DNA of 64,000 nucleotides, from the NCBI GenBank assembly GCA_963753545.1, contig CAVWCQ010000008.1:300645-364644 (forward strand), in the 5' to 3' direction. Position numbers and translations under genes: made by a program. The stretch is from an uncultured Chloroflexia bacterium (lineage in GTDB: Bacteria > Chloroflexota > Anaerolineae > Aggregatilineales > Aggregatilineaceae). Positions 41,718 through 50,991 of this stretch are shown here, piece by piece (positions within the stretch are counted from its first letter, which is position 1; the number at the start of each line of letters is the position of its first letter). The notes under the pieces are model-generated. The model searched no databases. It was not told where the DNA came from and saw only the letters and a program-made list of their open reading frames with translations.

Positions 41718-42332
41718 TTGGACCAAGGGGAGAATTCGTTTCTCGTATATTTGGCTGTCGAGGGCGATGTTGATGAGGCAGTGGCCCGGCGCATCCTGGA
41801 ATATGTTGATCTGCCTCACTACTTGTTGGCATCACCACCGAACGGGAAGGCGAAACTTCTGGAAAATATGCCCAAGTACAATGAGGCGGCAAAATGGAAT
41901 TGCTGGTTTGTGCTGGTAGACCTGGATCAGAAGCCGGAATGCGCGCCTGATTTGATTCAAACGGTGCTGCCAAAGCCCAGCAAGGGGATGCGGTTTCGGG
42001 TCGCGGTTCATGCGATGGAAGCATGGCTGTTAGCCGATACCGATCATTTATCTGATTTCCTGCATGTGCCACAGACGAAGTTTCCAACTAACCCTGATGC
42101 GGAACTGAATCCGAAAGTTTCGCTGGTGAATCTGGCTCGGCACAGCACTCGCGAGGAGATTCGCAAGGATATGGTTCCTCGCGAGGGTAGCGGCGGCTCA
42201 GTGGGGCCGGGTTATACGGATCGTTTGAGAGAATTTGTAATCACTCGTTGGCGACCAGAAGCGGCGGTTGAACGTTCGGACAGCTTACGGCGCTGCATTG
42301 CAGCATTACAAACATTGAAAAACTGGAATTAG
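41718..42332 (+). CDS. small Toprim-like protein (resembles DUF4276-type partners of AAA_21 ATPases)
   Basis: FLVYLAVEGDVDEAV (conserved Glu in the EG..E motif) and FVLVDLDQ (DxD) resemble Toprim catalytic motifs. Start is 4 nt after the ATPase stop and the gene ends 4 nt before murC. Confidence 0.5.
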   Translation: MDQGENSFLVYLAVEGDVDEAVARRILEYVDLPHYLLASPPNGKAKLLENMPKYNEAAKWNCWFVLVDLDQKPECAPDLIQTVLPKPSKGMRFRVAVHAMEAWLLADTDHLSDFLHVPQTKFPTNPDAELNPKVSLVNLARHSTREEIRKDMVPREGSGGSVGPGYTDRLREFVITRWRPEAAVERSDSLRRCIAALQTLKNWN

Positions 42333-42335
42333 AAA

Positions 42336-43739
42336 ATGCTCCACCCTGGACAGCACATTCACATTGTGGGCGTGGGCGGCTTTGGCATGTCAGCTATCGC
42401 CCGCGTTCTGCTTCAGCAGGGCTACACCGTCAGCGGTTCGGATCTGCGTGAAAATGAATTCACCCGCGATCTGGCCGCAGCGGGCGCGGCTATCTACATC
42501 GGTCATGCGGCGGAAAATATCGCCGGGGCGGATGTGGTCGTGATTACCTCTGCCGCGACGGAGAGCAACCCCGAAGTGAGCGCGGCGCAACGGCAGGGAC
42601 TCCCTGTCTTGCGGCGGCGCGAGATGCTCAGCGAGGTGATGGCTGGGCAGATGGGGATCGCTATTGCCGGGACACATGGCAAAACCACCACAACCGCTTT
42701 GATGGTCCACACGTTGATCGAAGCGGGGCGCGACCCATCCTATATCGTCGGCGGCGTGATGCAAAATACGGGCACCAATGCCGGGGTGGGGCGGGGCGGC
42801 CTCTTCGTGATCGAGGCGGATGAATATGACCGGATGTTTCTCGGCCTGCGCCCACAGATTGCCGTGGTCACGAACATCGAACATGATCATCCCGACTGCT
42901 TCCCAACCACGCGCGACGTCGTACTGGTATTCGAGCAGTTTGCCGATCTGCTGCCTGCGGACGGAGTGCTGATCGCCTGCAACGATGATCCGGCGGCGGC
43001 AGGATTGGCCTGGAAGCGTCGCAGCGCCGGACTCCCTGTGCAGACCTACGGCACCCAACACACTGCTCCTCCGCCAACGTGGAGCGCGGAAAATCTGGTC
43101 TCTGACGACCAGGGCGGAATCAGCTTCACGGCGCGGCACGGCGATCAGGTGATGGGGCGGGTGCGGCTGAATTTATCCGGCAAACACAACGTACTCAACG
43201 CGCTGAGCGTGTTGGCGGTGGCGGACCTCTTAAAAATCCCGTTTGAGCCAGTCGCAGCGGCATTTAACTCATTTTTGGGAACGGGGCGGCGCAGCGAAGA
43301 AATGGGGCAGGCAGGCGGCGTGACGGTGATCAGCGATTACGCGCACCATCCCACGGCGATTCGGGTGACATTGGCGGCACAGCGGGATCGTCCCGGCATC
43401 CGGCATGTGTGGGCTGTCTGGCAGCCGCATACCTATGGGCGGATGCGCATCCTGGCGGATGAGTTTGCCCATGCTTTCGGAGCCGCCGATCATGTGCTGG
43501 TGACGGGTGTTTATTCGGTGCGGGAGCAGATCACACCGGGATTGGATGCACCGGGCATGGCTGATCTGATCCGGGTGATGGAAGCGGGAAAAGACGTGCG
43601 CTGTACCGGATCATTCGACGCGACGGTGAGCGCGCTGATCGAGGGTGTGCAGCCTGGCGATCTGGTGCTGATCCTCTCGGCAGGTGATGCACCGCAAATC
43701 GGCCAACGCCTGCTCGATTACCTAAGAATTTGTTCGTAA
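42336..43739 (+). CDS. murC: UDP-N-acetylmuramate--L-alanine ligase
   Basis: HIVGVGGFGMSAIA, GTHGKTTTT and Mur ligase middle and C-terminal domains. Confidence 0.9.
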   Translation: MLHPGQHIHIVGVGGFGMSAIARVLLQQGYTVSGSDLRENEFTRDLAAAGAAIYIGHAAENIAGADVVVITSAATESNPEVSAAQRQGLPVLRRREMLSEVMAGQMGIAIAGTHGKTTTTALMVHTLIEAGRDPSYIVGGVMQNTGTNAGVGRGGLFVIEADEYDRMFLGLRPQIAVVTNIEHDHPDCFPTTRDVVLVFEQFADLLPADGVLIACNDDPAAAGLAWKRRSAGLPVQTYGTQHTAPPPTWSAENLVSDDQGGISFTARHGDQVMGRVRLNLSGKHNVLNALSVLAVADLLKIPFEPVAAAFNSFLGTGRRSEEMGQAGGVTVISDYAHHPTAIRVTLAAQRDRPGIRHVWAVWQPHTYGRMRILADEFAHAFGAADHVLVTGVYSVREQITPGLDAPGMADLIRVMEAGKDVRCTGSFDATVSALIEGVQPGDLVLILSAGDAPQIGQRLLDYLRICS

Positions 43740-43745
43740 ATTATT

Positions 43746-43786
43746 GGGCGCAGGGCTTGCTTCGCAAGCTGGCAGCGCCCTTACAT
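43746..43786 (+). repeat. REP2 element
   Basis: GGGCGCAGGGCTTGCTTCGCAAGCTGGCAGCGCCCTTACA. Confidence 0.55.
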
Positions 43787-44723
43787 GGTACTGGTGCGGG
43801 AGCAGCCGATGAATGAACTTTATGCCCCGCTGGCGGATCGCTTTGGGGCGGCGCTGCGGCGGAACGATCCCCTGGCGCGTTATACGGTGGCGCGGTTGGG
43901 TGGTCCTGCCGATGCGCTGCTGATCGCCGGATCGATGCCTGACCTGACGCATGCCATCAAACTGGCCCATGAGTATCACATCCCCTGGATCATTCTGGGC
44001 GGCGGCGCGAATGTGCTGATCGCGGATAAAGGCTATCGCGGGCTGGTGATTGTCAACCATACGCGAGCGGTGCGTCTGAACGATGACGGGACGCTGGTCG
44101 CGGAGAGCGGCGCAAATCTGACCACCGTCGCCCGGCGCTGCATGAGTCAGGGCTGGGCTGGGCTGGAATGGGCCGTTAACGTGCCAGGGACGGTTGGCGG
44201 GGCGGTAATCAACAACGCGGGCGCGCACGGCGGCGAAATGTCGCAGTCGCTGCTGTCGGCGGAACTGCTCGAACTGGGCGAAAAGGCGGGGATCGCGCTG
44301 TGGCCCGTTGAAAAAATGGCATACGCTTACCGTTATTCGGCGCTGAAGGGACAGCATGGGCGCTATGTCGTGCTCTCGGCGCAGCTTCGGCTCGAACCGG
44401 GGCACGATCCGGCAGCCCTCAACGAAAAGGCCGACGGATACATCGCGCACCGCAAGCGCACGCAGCCGCCGGGAGCCAGCCTGGGCAGCATCTTCAAGAA
44501 TCCGCCGGGGGATTACGCGGGCCGACTGCTCGAGGCTGCCGGGCTGAAGGGGCAGTCGATTGGCGGCGTGCTGATCTCGCCCGTCCATGCCAATTTCTTC
44601 ATCAACACGGGGCACGGCACGGCGCATGACTATTTCGCGCTGATCCAGTTGGCGCGGGAGACGGTCGAGGAGAAATTCGGCGTCCGGCTGGAGTTGGAGA
44701 TCGAGACGCTGGGCGAGTGGTGA
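43785..44723 (+). CDS. murB: UDP-N-acetylenolpyruvoylglucosamine reductase
   Basis: FAD-binding PCMH domain ([17 protein letters not shown]). C-terminal MurB domain ([11 protein letters not shown]). Confidence 0.9.
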   Translation: MVLVREQPMNELYAPLADRFGAALRRNDPLARYTVARLGGPADALLIAGSMPDLTHAIKLAHEYHIPWIILGGGANVLIADKGYRGLVIVNHTRAVRLNDDGTLVAESGANLTTVARRCMSQGWAGLEWAVNVPGTVGGAVINNAGAHGGEMSQSLLSAELLELGEKAGIALWPVEKMAYAYRYSALKGQHGRYVVLSAQLRLEPGHDPAALNEKADGYIAHRKRTQPPGASLGSIFKNPPGDYAGRLLEAAGLKGQSIGGVLISPVHANFFINTGHGTAHDYFALIQLARETVEEKFGVRLELEIETLGEW

Positions 44724-44812
44724 AAAGAAAAAGCAAAGAAATTTCACCGCGGAGAGCGCAGAGAACGCAGAGAAAAGCAAAAGAGAGTAAAGAGAAAAAA
44801 GAATTTCATCAA
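44723..44812 (+). repeat. REP1 copy (extended) after murB
   Basis: GAAAAGAAAAAGCAAAGAAATTTCACCGCGGAGAGCGCAGAGAACGCAGAGAAAAGCAAAAGAGAGTAAAGAGAAAAAAG. Confidence 0.7.
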
Positions 44813-44829
44813 GGACTTTTTTCAGCCCC

Positions 44830-46300
44830 TTCAGCTCGGCTTTATCCATATTCAGGCGACATAGCAAAGGGCCTCCACGAGATCATCAAGGACGGCGGCA
44901 GGAAATGCAAGAAGTCGGGTGTTGGTGAGGGAGTTCGAGAATTTAGCGTGCTGCCAGAGGTAACGGCGGACGAAGGCGATGACGTCGGAAAAGGTGGCCT
45001 CCGGCTTGGTGTACCAGACGGCGGAACGAGTGGGTAGGGGCTGGTCGCTGAGCAGATGGTGGGCCAGCAGGGTGACAAGCGAGAACAAACCCAGGATAGC
45101 GGGGGTGGTCCGGGCAATAGCGAGGGGATTCCATTGCCGTTGGGTCTCAAAGCCAAGATGGGCACGACATTCTTGAAAGGTGACTTCGACATTCCAGCGC
45201 AGCACGTACCAGGCGATAATCTGCTCGGCACTGACGGTCAGGTCGGTGCAGCAGAAAGCAGCGGCCTTGAACTTGCCAGCCGGATCGCGGACCAGCACCC
45301 AGCGGATGGGCAGCGGGTCTTTCTGGCTGGGGGTGTGCCAGAGCGCTGTCCCGCTGACCCACTCGACTTGCCGCGACTTGCCGCCATACCAGGCGATAGT
45401 CTGCTGGGTCCAGCTGGTGTGGGGGTATCCAGGTGGGCTTGCAAGGTCGGCTGCCGGGGGCCGAGGCGGGGCGTTTTCCCCCGTTTGCCTGGCGCTTTCG
45501 GCTGGGGCGGATCGAACAGGCGAATATTGAGATGCAAGCGCGAGACAAAGGTGACGGGGTGCCGATAGCGATTACAGCGCAGCCCCAGGCGGACGGCGAT
45601 CAGCCCGCCATCGGTGATCAAAACCAGCGAGCGCTCCGGCAGCCAGGCGCGGACCTGGCTGGTCATCTGCCGCACCCAGTCAATGCTGGTTTTGTGCCGC
45701 TGTCCCAGCGCCTGGTTCGTTTTCTCATGCGGGGCCAACGCCGTCAAAACGGGCAGCGCCCAGGGCCGTTTACTCCAGGGAACCGAGACCACGATCATCA
45801 AACTCACCCAGCGCAAGCCTTCACTGGCAATACTGTGCTTCTCACTCGACAACACCGCATCCCGGAAATGCCCTTTGGTAGCGAGCAGTTTGGCGCGCTG
45901 CCCTTCCAAGGTTTCATCTGCTGCCAGGATGACGGGTGCGCCTGCTGCCACAAACGCCGCCACCAGCAGCCCCAACAGGATACGGCTGACCCGCAGACTC
46001 GACCAGTGCGCTCGGTTCAACACGCGGTGATAGTTTTGATACTGTCGTTCCTGGCTCAACCCCATGATGCGCAGTATCGCCGTCACCGTCCGTTGTTTCG
46101 GTGCCAGAATCGCCCCCAGCACCAGCACCTGGACCCAGTGCCAGATCCGTTCGCTGAAAACTGGCGCAAAGTGTTGCAGCACGACCATAATCTCTGCGGG
46201 CATGGTAAGCATAGAACCTCCTTTGAACAGAAGTCCCAGCTTACCTTGCCCTTCTTTTTCGTCCACCATATGGAAAAAGTCGACTAAAGGGACTCTTTCC
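44830..46300 (-). mobile_element. IS701-family insertion sequence between murB and the WD40/ftsQ genes
   Basis: Transposase gene with short flanks. Terminal inverted repeats not confidently identified. Ends approximate. Confidence 0.45.
44852..46213 (-). CDS. IS701-family (IS4 superfamily) DDE transposase with an apparent frameshift near 45300-45550
   Basis: N-terminal MLTMPAEIMVVLQHFAPVFSERIWHW...AILAPKQRTVTAILRIMGL (IS701-like). C-terminal DDE region (IIAWYVLRWNVEVTFQECRAHLGFE) is in a second frame. Confidence 0.7.
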
Positions 46301-46351
46301 AGCGGGCTTATCGGTTTTTCTGCTAGACCCAGCGCTGGGATGCAAAAAACC

Positions 46352-46402
46352 GGGCGCGGCGGCTTAGCGGCTTCGCCGCACGCTAAGCAGCGCCCCTACA
46401 AA
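46352..46402 (+). repeat. REP2 element
   Basis: GGGCGCGGCGGCTTAGCGGCTTCGCCGCACGCTAAGCAGCGCCCCTACAAA. Confidence 0.55.
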
Positions 46403-46444
46403 TGAGAAGCCTCGTGACGGAATAAATAGCCAGGAGGAATCACG

Positions 46445-48352
46445 ATGAAACGCTGCATCGGATTGCTGATCGTAGGGATGATGCTGGCGGTAATCCCGGC
46501 CTATGCGCAGGGAGGCCAGCCGATCACGCGGGAGAACGCCGCCCAGCTTCGACTGCTGGATCAGATCGGGTTGGGGCGGGCCGAGGAAGCCTCCTGGTCG
46601 GCGGATGGATCGCAACTGGTGATTGCCGCCGAGCCTGCGGCTATGATCTATCAGGCCGCCGATTGGAGCGCTGATCCGGTGGTGTTCGATGGGCATAGCG
46701 AAGCGGTGGAAGATGCGGCGCTCAGCCCGGACGGATCGACGCTGGTTACCGTCAGCCGGGACCGCTCCGTGATTTTGTGGGACGCGCAGACAGGTGAACA
46801 GCGGCAAACCCTGGCGGGACATTATGACTGGGTGGTCTGTGTGGCCTACAGCCCGGACGGATCGCGGCTGGCGACGGGCAGCGTTGATGGAATCGCGTGG
46901 TTGTGGGACGCGCAGACAGGCGAGGCGATCCAGGAACTGCAAGGCCACGAATACGGCGAACAGGTCAACGATGTCGCGTTTAGCCCGGATGGATCGCTAT
47001 TGGCAACGGGCAGCCTGGACGGCCAGATTTTGCTGTGGGACGCGGCAACGGGTGATCCTGTGCAGTCCATTTACGGCTCCGGCGGGACGGTAACCGAGGT
47101 CGAATTTAACGCAGACGGATCGCAGGTGATCGGCGCAGGGTTCCAGTGGGTCGGCATCTGGGACGTGACAAGTGGCGAAGCAGTGGCGATGAAAAAAGGC
47201 GACGATATCGGGTTTGTGCTGGCGATGTCGATCAGCCCGGATGGAACGATAGCGACGGGCGGTGATACGGGCACGGTGCAAACGTGGGACGCGGCAGCGC
47301 TCGAAGCTAAGGACGTGTGGGGTGATTACGGCGCGGATATCAACGGCCTTGCGTTTAGCCCAGACGGGTCCCAACTGGCGGTGATCACCGCGACAGGCGC
47401 GGTAGAGATTCTGGATACCACAACAGGGGAGGCGGCGGCAGCCCTGGCTGGCTATTCGGCTTCGATCCTCAATTTTGCGTTCAGCCCAGATGAGAGCCGC
47501 ATCGCCGTCGTGGGTGGTTCGGGATTGTTCAAAGTGCTGGACGCGGCAACGGGTGAGGACATTTTGCCGCTGCTGGTCGATACGAAGAATGACTATCTTG
47601 AGGGAGTTGCCTACAGCCCGGATGGAACGATGATCGCGGCGCACAGCCCTAACAATATCGACTGGGTTGTAGACGCGGCAACGGGCGAATTGATCTACAC
47701 GTTCGAGGTAGAACTTCCGGTTGGCGGGACAGGCTATGAGGCTTTCAGTCCGGACAGCAGCATACTGGCGGTTGGCAGTTGGGACGAACAGGTCCATCTG
47801 TGGGATATGGAGACGGGTAAAGAGAACGACACTATTCTTTACGGCTCGGATATCGTGCGCGCTCTGGCCTACAGTCCGGATGGAACGCGGCTGGCTATTG
47901 GGACCGATACAGGAATTATCCTGTGGGGCATGGCGTCGAATCGAAACAACGAGACCTTAGAGGATGATACGCAGGTCAACAGCGCCGTTTTTAGCCCGGA
48001 CGGAACAGTGATCGCCTCGGGCCGGGAAGACGGTACGGTCCGGCTGTGGGACGTGGAGACAGGCGAGAGCCGGGCAGTATTGGAAGGGCACAGCGCGCCG
48101 TTGTTCAGCTATGCGATCACGGAAGGGCAGCCTGCTAACGTCTATGGGTTGGCGTTCAGCCCAGACGGGACGATTCTCGCGTCGGGCGGGGCGGACCAAA
48201 CCATCCGGCTGTGGGACGCGGCGACGGGCGAGAATTTGCTGGTCATCGATGGGCACGCCAACGAGGTGAAAGCTCTGCACTTCAGCGCGGACGGGACGAA
48301 GCTTTATTCGGCCAGTTGGGACGGCACGATCAAGGTTTGGGGAGTCGAATAA
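46445..48352 (+). CDS. secreted WD40-repeat protein (~14 blades)
   Basis: Signal peptide MKRCIGLLIVGMMLAVIPAYAQ. Many WD40 units (ILWD, LWDA, VRLWD, IKVW). Confidence 0.8.
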   Translation: MKRCIGLLIVGMMLAVIPAYAQGGQPITRENAAQLRLLDQIGLGRAEEASWSADGSQLVIAAEPAAMIYQAADWSADPVVFDGHSEAVEDAALSPDGSTLVTVSRDRSVILWDAQTGEQRQTLAGHYDWVVCVAYSPDGSRLATGSVDGIAWLWDAQTGEAIQELQGHEYGEQVNDVAFSPDGSLLATGSLDGQILLWDAATGDPVQSIYGSGGTVTEVEFNADGSQVIGAGFQWVGIWDVTSGEAVAMKKGDDIGFVLAMSISPDGTIATGGDTGTVQTWDAAALEAKDVWGDYGADINGLAFSPDGSQLAVITATGAVEILDTTTGEAAAALAGYSASILNFAFSPDESRIAVVGGSGLFKVLDAATGEDILPLLVDTKNDYLEGVAYSPDGTMIAAHSPNNIDWVVDAATGELIYTFEVELPVGGTGYEAFSPDSSILAVGSWDEQVHLWDMETGKENDTILYGSDIVRALAYSPDGTRLAIGTDTGIILWGMASNRNNETLEDDTQVNSAVFSPDGTVIASGREDGTVRLWDVETGESRAVLEGHSAPLFSYAITEGQPANVYGLAFSPDGTILASGGADQTIRLWDAATGENLLVIDGHANEVKALHFSADGTKLYSASWDGTIKVWGVE

Positions 48353-48500
48353 GCGCCGGACAGGACCGTTTGGTGAATAGACAATCAAACCATGTTGGAT
48401 TATAGTGGGATAAACCTGTGGGAAAATTGGCGGAGTGCCGTTACAATAAACGGTACGGGAGTTTTGCCGCCGGACTGCGGATCATAGTCGACATAATCGA

Positions 48501-49403
48501 ATGCTCACATCGCTAAAAAGCAGGCAGCGGCGATCTCGCCGTGAGCCAGTAGGCCGAGGCCATGTACGTCCTGCTGGTGAGGACAGTGAACCGCGCGTCG
48601 AACCCCCACCGCAGCGGATGGTGCCGCGTTCCCAGGTTCAGGAGGGACCGCTCAGCCTGAACCAGCGGCGGTCACAGCGGCGGGCCAAGCGCGTGAAACC
48701 GGGGCGTGATGTCCCGGCGGTGCGCAAAAAGGGTACGATCCTGCCGCGTTTTAGCTGGCGGGCTGTATCGGGCACGATTGTGCTGGGCCTGACGATGGTG
48801 CTTTACCTGTTCCTGACTTCCAGCGCATTTTATGTGCATTCGGTGGCTATCGGCGGGGAGAAGTATCTGACGCGGGAGGAAATCTTCCGCGAGAGCGATA
48901 TCGCACTCAAGCATATTTTTTGGATCGACGCGGGGGATGTCGAGGCGCGGCTCAAGCAGATTCCCAATATTGCCGATGCGCATGTGACCATCGGCTGGCC
49001 GCCGAACATGGTGCAGATCATTGTGACCGAGCGCGAACCGGCTTTGATCTGGGAGCAGAGCGCACGGGTATGGGTCGATGTCAACGGGATTGTGATGATG
49101 CAGCGCGAAGACCGTCCCGATCTGCTGCGGATTTTGGTCCCGGATGCCACAGAACCCCTGAGCGCCGGGGCACGCATTCCCCAGGCACTGGTGGATGGGG
49201 CGCTCTATCTGCGCAGCCGGTATCCGAATATCGACCATTTGTTGTATGATTCTGTGAAGGGCCTGGGCTATGATGACGGGCGCGGGTGGACCGTATGGTT
49301 TGGGAATGGCTCCGAGATGAGTGTCAAGCTGCTGGTCTATAACGCCATCGTCAGCAGCATCGAGGCACAAGGGCTGCACCCTGGCGAAGTGTTTGTCGAG
49401 TGA
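48501..49403 (+). CDS. ftsQ: cell division protein FtsQ/DivIB-like (POTRA)
   Basis: Basic N-terminus, single TM helix, POTRA-like domain. Position before ftsA-ftsZ. Confidence 0.6.
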   Translation: MLTSLKSRQRRSRREPVGRGHVRPAGEDSEPRVEPPPQRMVPRSQVQEGPLSLNQRRSQRRAKRVKPGRDVPAVRKKGTILPRFSWRAVSGTIVLGLTMVLYLFLTSSAFYVHSVAIGGEKYLTREEIFRESDIALKHIFWIDAGDVEARLKQIPNIADAHVTIGWPPNMVQIIVTEREPALIWEQSARVWVDVNGIVMMQREDRPDLLRILVPDATEPLSAGARIPQALVDGALYLRSRYPNIDHLLYDSVKGLGYDDGRGWTVWFGNGSEMSVKLLVYNAIVSSIEAQGLHPGEVFVE

Positions 49404-49454
49404 TCCTGACCGGCCATACTATACGCTTCTGTCATCGGAAACGAATTCTTAAAT

Positions 49455-50717
49455 ATGGGTGAACTGGTTGTAGGAATTGACATCGGTACGACAAAAGTCT
49501 GTACCATTGTGGGCGAAGTACGCGAGCGCGACGTCCATGTGTTGGGCGTGGGCATTGAGCCATCTCATGCCGCTATGAAAAAGGGCATGGTGATCGATGC
49601 CAACGCGCTCAGCGCCGCGATCTCGTCATCCGTGCATAAGGCGGAACGCAGCAGCGGCTACGAAATTGGGCGGGCTTTTGTCTCGATTGCCAGCAATCAC
49701 ATTGAGTCGATGAACAGCACCGGGGCAGTGGGCGTCTCGAACCAGCGCGGCGTCCGGCTGGAAGACCTGGAACGGGCGATGGATGCGGCGCGGGCCGTAT
49801 CACTGCCGCATGGGCGCGAAATTCTGCACGTTATCCCGCGCGCCTACAGCCTGGATGGGCAATCTGGCCTGCGCAGCCCGCTGGGGATGCTCGGCTTCCG
49901 GCTGGAAGTGGAAGCACATATTATCACGGCAGCGACGGCGAGCATTCAGAACCTGGAAAAATGTGTCGAGGCGGCAGGCGTTTATGTGGACCGCTTTATC
50001 CTCAATCCCCTGGCGGCGGGCGACGTGATTTTGACGGACACGGAGCGCGATTCCGGCGTGATGGTGGTCGATATGGGCGGCGGTACAACCGATGTGGCGA
50101 TGTTTATTGACGGCTCGGTCTGGCACACGGCTGTGATCGCCGTTGGCGGACAGCATATCACCAACGATATCGCGACGGTGCTGCATCTGCCCTTCGAACT
50201 GGCGGAAGCGGTCAAGCTGGAATATGGACACGCCGATCCGAAATCGGTCAGCGCGCTCGAAGCATTCCCCGTGCAGCCGTTTGGCGAAGAACTGCCGAGC
50301 AAAGTGCAGCGCAGCGATTTGGCCCAAATCATCAATGCGCGCGTGGCGGAGATGTTCGAACTGATCCTCAAGGAAGCCAAGCGCAGCGGCTACGATGGGC
50401 TGCTCAAAGCCGGAATCGTGCTGACAGGCGGCAGCAGCCAACTGCCCGGCATGCGCACGGTGGCGGCGGATGTGCTCAAAATGCCGGTGCGAATTGCCGC
50501 ACCGGAAAACATCACGGGCATGGTCGATACGCTGAAAAATCCTGCCTACAGTACCAGCGTAGGATTGCTTAAACTGGGCTTGATCATGGATCTTGAAGAT
50601 GACCGCCGAATCGCGCTGCGGCGGCATAATGGAGTTGAGACGCCGCGCGTCGATTTACGCAAGTGGGTGAAACGCACGCTGGGACGGCTGCTGCCGAGCG
50701 AAGAGGAAGATGTTTAG
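49455..50717 (+). CDS. ftsA: cell division protein FtsA
   Basis: Actin-like ATPase motifs (VVGIDIGTTKV, DMGGGTTD). Confidence 0.85.
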   Translation: MGELVVGIDIGTTKVCTIVGEVRERDVHVLGVGIEPSHAAMKKGMVIDANALSAAISSSVHKAERSSGYEIGRAFVSIASNHIESMNSTGAVGVSNQRGVRLEDLERAMDAARAVSLPHGREILHVIPRAYSLDGQSGLRSPLGMLGFRLEVEAHIITAATASIQNLEKCVEAAGVYVDRFILNPLAAGDVILTDTERDSGVMVVDMGGGTTDVAMFIDGSVWHTAVIAVGGQHITNDIATVLHLPFELAEAVKLEYGHADPKSVSALEAFPVQPFGEELPSKVQRSDLAQIINARVAEMFELILKEAKRSGYDGLLKAGIVLTGGSSQLPGMRTVAADVLKMPVRIAAPENITGMVDTLKNPAYSTSVGLLKLGLIMDLEDDRRIALRRHNGVETPRVDLRKWVKRTLGRLLPSEEEDV

Positions 50718-50991
50718 CCCCTCTCGGTTCAGCAAAAGCGGCTGAACTTGCGTATAGAGGGACTGGATGAGAGGGAACGCTAACGGCTATTGGCTAAAAT
50801 GCACGGTTTGTAACCAGCTAAAGTAAGAGAATTCAAACCGTTTTGGACAGAGGATAATTTTCGCTATTTCAGAAAGACTGTAGAATAAACATTAAAGCGG
50901 GGAGCTACTGGCGAGGTCGCCGGCATGTTTGCAGGCCAAGACAACAAACGGGAGGCGACCGAGTTGTGCATTATTCTAGGAGGGTAACTGG

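Noticed and set aside
75-44812. Possible CRISPR array from the recurring TTTCACCGCGGAGAGCGCGG motif
   Set aside because: Copies are dispersed kilobases apart in both orientations. There are no regular spacers and no cas genes. This is a REP-like dispersed repeat.
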